A DNA stretch of 64,000 nt, taken from the NCBI GenBank assembly GCA_964474705.1, contig CAYYUI010000007.1, positions 15,061-79,060 of the forward strand. The letters are read 5' to 3'. Shown in pieces: positions 53,494 to 62,000 of the stretch (its first letter is position 1; every line of letters begins with the position of its first letter). The stretch comes from an uncultured bacterium. GTDB lineage: Bacteria; Muiribacteriota; Ozemobacteria; Ozemobacterales; Ozemobacteraceae. The notes under the pieces were generated by a model. It saw nothing but the letters and a program-made list of their open reading frames with translations. It was not told the origin of the DNA and did no database searches. The translations under genes and the position numbers were made by a program.

Positions 53494-56106
53494 ATGAACA
53501 ATATGAAAAAGCAAAAATGTATGGTTTTTGGCCGGCAGGTCGATGCGGAATGGCTGAACCAGGAAACCATCGGCGAAGTTCTTGCCGATGCGGCAGAAAA
53601 AGCTACCCTGGCAGCCGAACCAGATATTGAATGTATAATCGCTATTCTTGACCAGGTCGGGAAATCCTGGGCTGATCCTGAATATCATCTGAGGAGGCAG
53701 GCAGCAAAGATTTTGCCGGGCCTGACCCTTTTCAGCCCGGCAATGATCGAAGAAGGGTTTGCGGTTGTCAGCGCCATCTGCAGCCGACAGAATCTGGAAA
53801 AAAGACTCCGGGGAGAGCTCGGCGATCCTGCGGTTCTCGATCGCGGTATCGCGATGCCGCACCATGGTTACAGACTTCGTGCCGTTCCGCGCGGAATTCT
53901 TCTGCATCTTACCGCCGGTAATGTCTTTGTGGGTGCTGTTGACAGTCTTGTTTCCGGCATCATCACCAAGAATGCCAACATTCTCAAAATGTCGCGTGTC
54001 GATCCGGTATTTCCGCTGCTTTTCATCGAAAGTATCAAGGAACATGATCCGGCCGGCATTATCTGGCCCAACCAGGCGGCATTACTCTGGAAAGGCGGCG
54101 ATGCAGCCGTCGAGAATACCCTCTTGCAGGCTCCGATTACCGTCGTTTTCTGGGGTGGTCATGATGCTCTTCTGTCTTTGAAAGGTCGTATCGGCGCATC
54201 TACCAGACTGATCGAGAACGGGCCGCGCTACTCTTTTGCGGTAGTCGATGGCCGGCGCATCAGAAAAGGGCCCGCAGCTTCGATGATCAGAGGTCTGGCA
54301 CTCGATCTCTGTCGCTGGGATCAGCAGGCCTGCTCATCGCCGCATGTGGTCTACGTAATTGACCATGATATCAAGACAACGCATCTGCTTGCCGAAGCGC
54401 TTTATGATGAGCTTGTTCAGCTGCGTGAAGAGCTTCCGACTGGAGAACTGAGCTTCGACGAAAAAGTCGAGATTCGCAAGGTTCGCGAACTGGCACGCAT
54501 GTCGCAGGCCCGTGGCGAAGGCCGACTGATCTGCCCGGAAGATTTCAGCTTCACGCTGGTGATCGAGCATGACAGCGCCTTTAAGGTATCCTGTCTCAAC
54601 CGGACGCTTTTTTTCAAACAGACCCGGGACCTCGATACGATGCTGGAACAGGTCAGGCCGCTGGCAGCGTATCTGCAGACCGCCGGAATATATTGTGACA
54701 ACGAAATGGCAACCATGCTCGAGAATGAACTTTTCGCCACCGGCGTGAAACGCATCACCGAAATCGGTGGAATGAGCGAAGGGCATGATGGGGCACCGCA
54801 TGAGGGCAGTTTTCTGCTGCGCGGACTGGTTGAATGGGTCGATGTCGAATATCTCGGCAACTCAGCCAGTCGTGTTGAACTGCTTCTCAAGCAGATTCAA
54901 GCCTCCCCCTACTATCGGAATGCTGTTGAAAAAGCCGGCGGATGCGGTTTTGAGTATTTCCATAAGTTGCCGCTACTTGACCGCGAAACTTTTTACCGAA
55001 ATTCGCCCCCTGAATCTGAAGCGATTCTTACCGGGCCGATGACCGACAGTTACGTTTATGCCTCCGGGGGCACCACGGGCAGTCCGAAGTTCACTTTTTA
55101 TTCCAACGACGAATATCGCTACGTGACTGATGTACTGACAGATATTTACCGGAATGCCGGCATCTGCAGCAGGGATCGGGTAGCCAACCTTTTTATCGCC
55201 GGCAATCTCTGGACAAGTTTCAATGTTGCCGGCCGTGCCCTCGAGAACCTCGGTTGCCTGAATCTGCCGGTTGGCGGGGCTTCCGATCTCGAAAATATTC
55301 TCAAGTATCTGCAGATTTTTTCGGTCAATGCGGTGGTCGGCCTGCCGTCGATCATCATCAACCTTGCTGAAGAAATCAGCAGACGTGGTCTTCCGATCAA
55401 AATCGAAAAGATTCTTTATGGCGGCGAACATCTGCGTCCGCAAACCTGTGACTTTCTTCGTGAGGCTGTCGGTGCACAGCTGATCCGTTCGGCCGGCTAT
55501 GCCTGTGTCGATACCGGCCCGATCGGCTGGCAGTGTCTGCATCTCGATGGTTCGATACATCATGTTCTCGAAGAATACTGTTATGCCGAGATTCTCGATA
55601 CGGTTAATCATCAGCCTGTCGGTGGCAACACCGCGGGCGAAATTGTTGCAACCAATCTGAACCGGATATTGATGCCGGTGGTTCGCTATCGAACCGGCGA
55701 TCTGGGGCGCTGGGTCGAGACTGGGGTCTGCACCTGCGGTTTCAGAGGTCGGTCTTTTGAACTGCTTGGCCGATGCGATGATCTGCTGGTAATCGGCGGA
55801 ATCAATCTTATGCCTGTTGACATCGCAGCCGGTCTTGCCGGTTTACCGGTCAGTCAGTCATTTCAGATTGCCGCTCAGACAGCTGAAGGTCGCGACAGGC
55901 TGTGCCTCAGGCTCGAGGCTGAAAAGCCGGTTCCAGACAGCAGAGTCGTCGAGGCTTTGCGCCGGGGTTCATACAAAATTGCCGAATCTCTCGCCGAAAA
56001 CTGGATGACTATTGTAATTGAGTGGCATAAACCGGGCGCTATCAAACGTAACCCCCGCACCGGCAAACTCAAACCCGTGGTCGACGAAAGATTCAGTTCA
56101 GATTGA
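53494..56106 (+). CDS. Fusion protein: an N-terminal LuxC-family acyl-CoA/acyl-protein reductase domain (about aa 1-460) and a C-terminal PaaK/coenzyme F390 synthetase-like adenylate-forming domain (about aa 470-870).
   Basis: The LuxC-like segment is LHLTAGNVFVGAVDSLVSGIITKNANILKMS, with a putative catalytic Cys at QQACSSPH. The C-terminal half carries ASGGTTGSPKFTF (AMP-binding P-loop, as in PaaK) and a PaaK-like C-terminal subdomain. Confidence 0.75.
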   Translation: MNNMKKQKCMVFGRQVDAEWLNQETIGEVLADAAEKATLAAEPDIECIIAILDQVGKSWADPEYHLRRQAAKILPGLTLFSPAMIEEGFAVVSAICSRQNLEKRLRGELGDPAVLDRGIAMPHHGYRLRAVPRGILLHLTAGNVFVGAVDSLVSGIITKNANILKMSRVDPVFPLLFIESIKEHDPAGIIWPNQAALLWKGGDAAVENTLLQAPITVVFWGGHDALLSLKGRIGASTRLIENGPRYSFAVVDGRRIRKGPAASMIRGLALDLCRWDQQACSSPHVVYVIDHDIKTTHLLAEALYDELVQLREELPTGELSFDEKVEIRKVRELARMSQARGEGRLICPEDFSFTLVIEHDSAFKVSCLNRTLFFKQTRDLDTMLEQVRPLAAYLQTAGIYCDNEMATMLENELFATGVKRITEIGGMSEGHDGAPHEGSFLLRGLVEWVDVEYLGNSASRVELLLKQIQASPYYRNAVEKAGGCGFEYFHKLPLLDRETFYRNSPPESEAILTGPMTDSYVYASGGTTGSPKFTFYSNDEYRYVTDVLTDIYRNAGICSRDRVANLFIAGNLWTSFNVAGRALENLGCLNLPVGGASDLENILKYLQIFSVNAVVGLPSIIINLAEEISRRGLPIKIEKILYGGEHLRPQTCDFLREAVGAQLIRSAGYACVDTGPIGWQCLHLDGSIHHVLEEYCYAEILDTVNHQPVGGNTAGEIVATNLNRILMPVVRYRTGDLGRWVETGVCTCGFRGRSFELLGRCDDLLVIGGINLMPVDIAAGLAGLPVSQSFQIAAQTAEGRDRLCLRLEAEKPVPDSRVVEALRRGSYKIAESLAENWMTIVIEWHKPGAIKRNPRTGKLKPVVDERFSSD

Positions 56107-56401
56107 ACTGCTGAAATTCGCTGCTTATATAATGACAGTTTGCAGGGTGTGAAGAATTTGCCTTAGCAACGACTGCCGCGTTGATTTGCTCGCGAAGGCC
56201 AGAGATGGCCAGGTGTCGGTGAGTCGCCGGAGTGCGAACGAGCCGACCAGTGACAGTTTGTGACTGGTGTCATTGGCTCAGAGCGCTTTGATTGCTCATT
56301 CGCTCTGACGCTCGCGCATCCGTGCGCTTCGCGAGGAGTGAAACGACGAAGCAATCGCATGCTAAGGGCTGGGATTGTTTCGCTGTGCCCGCAACGGGAT
56401 G

Positions 56402-56701
56402 CTACATTCCGAATTTGGCACTCAACAGCAGTTTGGCGCCGCGGCTGAGTCTTTTTATCTGCATTTCGCGTTTTGAAGCAGTTGACCGGTCTGGCTGGCG
56501 CTCCTGATAACGCAAGATGACCGGCCCTCTGCCTCTGGTAAATCTGGCACCGGTGCCGTCATTGTGTGCGGCCAGCCGTTTCTCCAGATTGTTTGTTATT
56601 CCGGTGTACAGCCTGCCATCGCGGCATTCGACTATATAGACCGTCCAGGCTTCATCTTCGGCTGCATGGCTGATATCTGGGTTGTCAGGCCGGTTTGACA
56701 T
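56402..56701 (-). CDS. GIY-YIG nuclease-superfamily small protein (UPF0213/YhbQ-like). The start is uncertain among 56701, 56728 and 56758.
   Basis: WTVYIVECRDGRLYTGITNNLEKRLAAHN is the GIY-YIG core. About 100 aa. Confidence 0.7.
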   Translation of the reverse strand: MSNRPDNPDISHAAEDEAWTVYIVECRDGRLYTGITNNLEKRLAAHNDGTGARFTRGRGPVILRYQERQPDRSTASKREMQIKRLSRGAKLLLSAKFGM

Positions 56702-58277
56702 GGTAATAGACCAGCGGTTTTTCGACATTTTTGACCGGTGCCGATTCCGGGCCGGCAAACTGCCAGCGGCCTGATTCTAAAGCAACTTCTCTGATCTTTT
56801 CGGTGGCGAGAACCTGCCCTGCCTTGGCCAGCCCCTGCAGGCGGGCGGTGATATTCATGCCGGAGCTGAATGCCGTGAGATCGTCGTTTGGTCCTATCAG
56901 ACCTACTACAGCAGGGCAGAAGTTAGTGCCGATCGCAACTCCGAACTTTTCGAAATCAGGGTGCTTCTGAATGTCGTCATTCTCAGGCAGGCGCAGATAC
57001 TCGTTGGTGTAATCGATGATTATTTTAGCGCATTCAAGAACCTTCTGCACGATCGCTTTCGAATCTAGTTCGTAGAAAGGTGGGCCGAACAGCAGAATCA
57101 GGCAGTCGCCGACAATCTTGTCAAGACAGGCCCCGTGCGGAAAAACTCTGGTGACGATGCCATTCGACCATTTGTCGACGAAATTGGTGATTCGTTCAGG
57201 AGTTTTGAGAATCTGTTCGCTCATTTTGGTGAAACCTGAAATATCGGCGAAGATTATGCCAATCTGTTCGGCGCGGGGTGTCAGATAAACCTTTTCGTAG
57301 CCTGGCTCGGCGGTAAGTCTCGCAATAACCGGGTCAGGGAAAAATTTGCGCAGCATGTTACGTTCGCGGTTGAAGTCGACCAGTCGCTGGCGCAGGCTCT
57401 CGGCAAAAACCTGGACGATTTCGCGGGCGAAAATCGAGAAATTGCGGCCATCTTCAGGCACAAAGATGACCTTGCCGATCAGATTTTCTTCAATCAGGCC
57501 GTCAAGCAGATAAGTGATCGTCAGGTTTTCACAGCCGATTGCCTTTTTCAGCGCTTCACTGTCTGCAGACAGGCTATTGCCGTTTGCTTTGATAAAACTT
57601 TCAAGCCCAGGATGGACGTTTTCGCCGGAACCATAAACCCGCTGGTCATTCTCATATACCAGATAATTGATGTTCTCGACCCCGGTTAGTTCGTGATCTG
57701 AATAGAGAATTATCAGTTTGCTGAAGGGAACTTCCTTGCGCAGAACATACACGGCTCCGTCGATCGAGTCGACGATCGAATGGTTCTTGAGTGCAGACTG
57801 AATGCCCATGATCAGGCTGTGCTTCAGACTGCTGGTGTGAATTCCGAAAAAAAAGTTATCGAGCAGTTCACTGACTGTGTCGAGCATGGCAGTGCCAAGG
57901 TTTTTCTCGGGCGCTGTTTCGTGCGGAAAAGCAAGGGCGATTGCCCCGGTGATTTTACCGGCCATCTCGATCGGCTGAGCAAACCAGTGAATATTGTTGA
58001 AATTGAAGTTGATGGCCCGGGTTATCTGATGCAGCTGTGGGACGAGTCTCTTGATGTTGTTGTCGCAGCTGCCATAACAGAATACCTGATGGTTGAGGTT
58101 TTCGTCCTGGGTTTCGACAAACATTGCCGTGGTTTTGCAATGCTCCGCAAGAAACAGAAAGACCTTGCCCAGCGAACCATCAAGGTCATAATGTGCGGAC
58201 TCGAGCTCTTCTACTAACTTGTCAAGTTTCAGGTTCAAGTCACGCAGCTGCTGAAGTTCCTGAAAATTAAAATCCAT
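56685..58277 (-). CDS. Adenylate/guanylate cyclase (class III CHD) with N-terminal GAF-like sensor domain(s).
   Basis: C-terminal IGIIFADISGFTKMSE...KIVGDCLILLFG...GIAIGTNFCPAVVGLIG is CHD. The N-terminal ~330 aa have a GAF/PAS-like alpha/beta pattern. Confidence 0.8.
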   Translation of the reverse strand: MDFNFQELQQLRDLNLKLDKLVEELESAHYDLDGSLGKVFLFLAEHCKTTAMFVETQDENLNHQVFCYGSCDNNIKRLVPQLHQITRAINFNFNNIHWFAQPIEMAGKITGAIALAFPHETAPEKNLGTAMLDTVSELLDNFFFGIHTSSLKHSLIMGIQSALKNHSIVDSIDGAVYVLRKEVPFSKLIILYSDHELTGVENINYLVYENDQRVYGSGENVHPGLESFIKANGNSLSADSEALKKAIGCENLTITYLLDGLIEENLIGKVIFVPEDGRNFSIFAREIVQVFAESLRQRLVDFNRERNMLRKFFPDPVIARLTAEPGYEKVYLTPRAEQIGIIFADISGFTKMSEQILKTPERITNFVDKWSNGIVTRVFPHGACLDKIVGDCLILLFGPPFYELDSKAIVQKVLECAKIIIDYTNEYLRLPENDDIQKHPDFEKFGVAIGTNFCPAVVGLIGPNDDLTAFSSGMNITARLQGLAKAGQVLATEKIREVALESGRWQFAGPESAPVKNVEKPLVYYHVKPA

Positions 58278-58304
58278 GCTACACCTCGGTGTTGAGATTA
58301 GGGC

Positions 58305-58979
58305 TCATTCCTTGAGACTGAAGGACAGAACATGCCAGGTCACATAACCGGCAATGGCCAGCCAGACCAGACCAACCAGCCAGCCTGGCATGAACAGCAT
58401 TTCGCCAATTTTGGAAGCATCAGAGCAGGCTATCGATCGGTCGATCAGATCTTCTTTGATGTCGATAAGCACATAAAGACATGAGGTCAGGCCAAGAAAT
58501 TTCAGGAACTGGTCGCAGACTTTCTCGCTTGTATAAGCTGCGAGAGCCAGCAAACCCATCCCGGTCAACGAACAGATGATGATGCCTTCAAGATTTCTGA
58601 CCCAGATAGCAGTCACTGCCAGAAGCAGTATGCCTAACCCGGCGGTGATCTGTTGATCGAACCTGGTTTTGACTGCTCCAAGCAGAATCAGGCATCCCCA
58701 GAACAGACTGCCCAGATAGCCGGCACTGGTTACGATAAAACGTATACCCCCGGCTGTCCAGCAGACACCGCCGAGATTGGCGTTGATCTCTATTTTGACA
58801 ATTTCACCGCCGGTAAAAACGGCCGCCAGACCGTGCGACAGCTCGTGAAAGAATACAGTAAGATACTTGATCGGCAGCACCAGCATCGAGTCCCAGAAAA
58901 AGATGGCCAGCAGCACAGCCGCCATTGGCAGCATCATTCCTGCGGCATTTCCAGAAGGTTTCAGTTCCGTCTGTTCATT
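58305..58979 (-). CDS. Peptidase M50B-like membrane metalloprotease (HExxH inside a TM helix). Start probably MNEQTELK; the listed ORF extends to 59135 and overlaps the upstream gene end.
   Basis: FFHELSHGLAA is a zinc-binding motif of the M50B type (PF13398), in a polytopic membrane protein of about 6 TM segments. Confidence 0.7.
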   Translation of the reverse strand, partial: NEQTELKPSGNAAGMMLPMAAVLLAIFFWDSMLVLPIKYLTVFFHELSHGLAAVFTGGEIVKIEINANLGGVCWTAGGIRFIVTSAGYLGSLFWGCLILLGAVKTRFDQQITAGLGILLLAVTAIWVRNLEGIIICSLTGMGLLALAAYTSEKVCDQFLKFLGLTSCLYVLIDIKEDLIDRSIACSDASKIGEMLFMPGWLVGLVWLAIAGYVTWHVLSFSLKE

Positions 58980-59010
58980 CATCGAATCGATTTCCAAGCT
59001 GACTCCTTCT

Positions 59011-62000
59011 TCAGGCTGCAGTGGCCGGCTTAAAGGTGAAAAACCGGAACAGCAGATAAAGGGCAAGGGTTGCCGAGAACCCGAGCTGCACAAAATGATC
59101 GGCCTGATAAAGCTTGAGATAAACGGCAATCGCAAGAATCATTCCCTGCACGGCAGTTACCATGAACCATTTGTAATGGTTGGCTGAGGTGAACATCTTG
59201 ATCACGCCGACAGCAGCCAGAATACCGACCACAATCATGATGAACTGAAACAGGAAACCGCGCCCCTTTCTCGGGTTGATCAGCATGCCTTCGATGTAGG
59301 GCGCTTTGCCGGTCGGTTCGATCTGCAGCATCGAGAAAGATATCGGCCAGCTGGTCGTTGGAATCTTGAATTTGACAGGCAACAGACCGGTCTGGTCAAA
59401 AACCTTGTCGCTCTGTTTCTGCTGAGAAGCCATCTGCGACTGAGCAGGTGCTTTCTGCCGTTTCTGAATATTCGAGTAGGAGCTCAGCGAAGAGAAATAG
59501 GAACTGTTGTCGAGAAATCTGGTTTCGGCAATTTTCAGCAGCCGGTCGACGTTCCCTTTTTCACGCATCAGCTCGTAGCCTTCCGGCAGGTAGACGACCC
59601 AGCTCAATTCGCTGATCGGCAGATGGGCAGATGGCAACTCCATGTAAGTCTGGTTGAAAGCGCTCAATTCTTTTCCAAGCTTGATCGCATAGACTATTTC
59701 CACCGGGAAAGACTTGGATTCGCCGCCTTCCAGCGCTGATCTGACGATCGGCAGATTGTATACTCCCAGCTCGGCATTGAGCCCGGATCTTACCGACAGG
59801 CCGGCAACCTGAGTGCTCCAGAGTTCGGTAGTCGCCGCGCCAAACTGTGGCAGCTTGACTTTCAGGAATTGTTCCGAGTTGTTTCGTACTTCATAGACAA
59901 CCCTGGTCAGCAGGTAACCGTCTTCGTTGAGCAGGGTCATTGCTTCGGCGCGATCGATGACTGCTGTCTGCTGCTCGATGTCTTCAGGCCGAGCAACCGT
60001 TATAGTCAGATTATTCGGATGTTTGAGAAATTTGAAGGCGTAAGGAGTCTTTTCAGGCCGCTCACGGTTCCAGTCTTTGAGAAATTCAGCAGCGACAGTC
60101 GGTGTGTAGCCTTCCCGGTTGCCATTTTCCGATATCTCGAGGGCCTGAATACAGCCGATGCCAAGCAGGCCCCAGGATTGTTCTACATCGAGCGGAATTA
60201 TTTCCGGCACGTTGTAATTTCCATCCTTGAGGTTTTGAATGTCTTCTTCGAATTCGATCGTCAGCTGTGTGTTCCCACGGATTTTCGATTTGAATACCAC
60301 ATCGATGTGGCGGCTGTTACCGGCTTCAACCTGGCGCCAGTCCTCGATCAGCTTGTTTTCGACTTTCAGCACTCTTATTTTGTCGGGAATCTGGAAGGCG
60401 ATGCTGGCAATCCCGCTGCCGCCCATGATTTTGAGGTCGAAAATGTTGATGCCGGTGACGAAGCCCTCTTTGAAGTGGAGCAAATTCTGTTGTCGCACGG
60501 TTATTCTGGTCTTTTCTTCGATTATAACCGGTTCTTCCTCTGTTTCAGATGGTTGATCGGCAGATTTGACCTCCTCGGGCGGGGCACTTTCGACGTTGCG
60601 GTAAAGTTCGAAGTTGACAGTCTGAGTCGGGGGTAGAATGGCAAAAAATACGGTCTTTTCAGGAGTTTTTTCGCTGTTGCGCAGCACGCCCGGGTCGATC
60701 CAGGCTTCGCAATCTTTTTCGTTCACCGTAATCTGCAGAGTCGAAATGCAGACTGGAACCATGTTGAGGCTGAAACGGCTGGAATGCTTGTATTCGCTGG
60801 ATGCCATCGGAATAAAAAATTCAACGGTGACCATTGCCGGACCAGAAGCATTGGTCATGAAGCCGTAGGAGGTTTCACCCTGGTCTTCGATCAAGGTCAT
60901 GGCAAGAGGCTCGTCGTTAAGAGAAGCGGAAGAAGGAATGGCTTCGGTTGAAAGAAGACCGACTTTTTTCCAGCCCGAGTTGAAGAGGTTCAGCTTGAAT
61001 TCAGCATTGAATCTGACGCCGCGCTCTTCAATCGTGCCACGGTATTTGACCCCGTCAAAACTGAAGGCGGCCGGGGCGATTACTTCCTTGACCGGTGGAA
61101 TTTCGATGTCTTTGAGAAAGCGATAATCGGCTTCTGGAATGATTACGGCCCGATCACCCGAAGGCATTACCTTCGAGAGATCCTGGAACGGTGCCATGAC
61201 CCGGATTTCGCGGTAATCGGCGGCAAAAACCGGCATGCCGGCAAGAATGATGATGGTCATGATGAGCATGAGCAGTATTGCCGTCATACTGCGGCCGGAA
61301 GTTGGTGGAACATCGGTTTTGATTTCGACAACCGGAGTCTGGTTTTCGATTTTTACCTGACTCAGAAGCAGGATAGCTTTCCAGATCACTGCGCCGATCA
61401 TGGCCAGCCAGAACCCGGCATTGGCGGCATCGCCAACACTCTTCAGTTTCAGGTCGACAATTGACAGAAAAACGATGATCAGGGCGGCGAAGGTGATTTT
61501 GGACGGGATGCCCTGGAAAGCGCCGGCAACGAAATACAGGGCGCTAAAAAGGGCCAGGATGAAGGCAACGATTTCGGTGGTTCGGAGAATTGAAGCCCAG
61601 ACATAGCTCAACCTGACGCTCGGGCAGGTCGAATTGGGCAGCAGGGCTCCATCGGTTGCGACTTCAGCCATTACCAGATCACGTTCAAGGGTATAAAAAT
61701 TCTTGGTCATGACAAATTTGGATTTGATTGGCAGCATGCCACGGTTTTTGGCAGCTCCGAACCCCGCTTTGCCGCCTTTGCCAGGAGCTTCCTGCTGAAG
61801 GTCAGCCATCTGCTCGTTCATTGCCTGAGGTGCGGCCAGCATGCTTTTGCCGCTGACATCGGCACGCTTGTATTCAATGCTTTCATTTTCCATTCTGCGT
61901 GCAACGTTGACCTGATTGAGATCACCTTCAACCGGCCCATGCAGCTGGCAATAAATGACGCCTGTTTCTGCCAGATTGCCTGAAGACAGGTAGTGACATC

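Noticed and set aside
56163-56360. 65-aa Arg-rich minus-strand ORF, with plus-strand ORFs at 56260-56448 and 56292-56507, in the convergent intergenic region
   Set aside because: Arg/Ser-rich translation of GC-rich repeat sequence. No start context. Several frames are open simultaneously, which is typical of non-coding GC-rich DNA.
56685-59135. Possible Pycsar-like (cyclase + membrane effector) antiphage system
   Set aside because: The cyclase has GAF sensor domains typical of signalling class III cyclases. The adjacent membrane protein is an M50B-like protease with no recognisable cNMP-binding domain. The context is a four-gene membrane operon rather than a compact two-gene defence module.
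59869-60636. 255-aa plus-strand ORF, and others at 60239-60556, inside the giant minus-strand gene
   Set aside because: Antisense shadow ORFs. The minus-strand frame has consistent domain repeats and hydrophobic segments.
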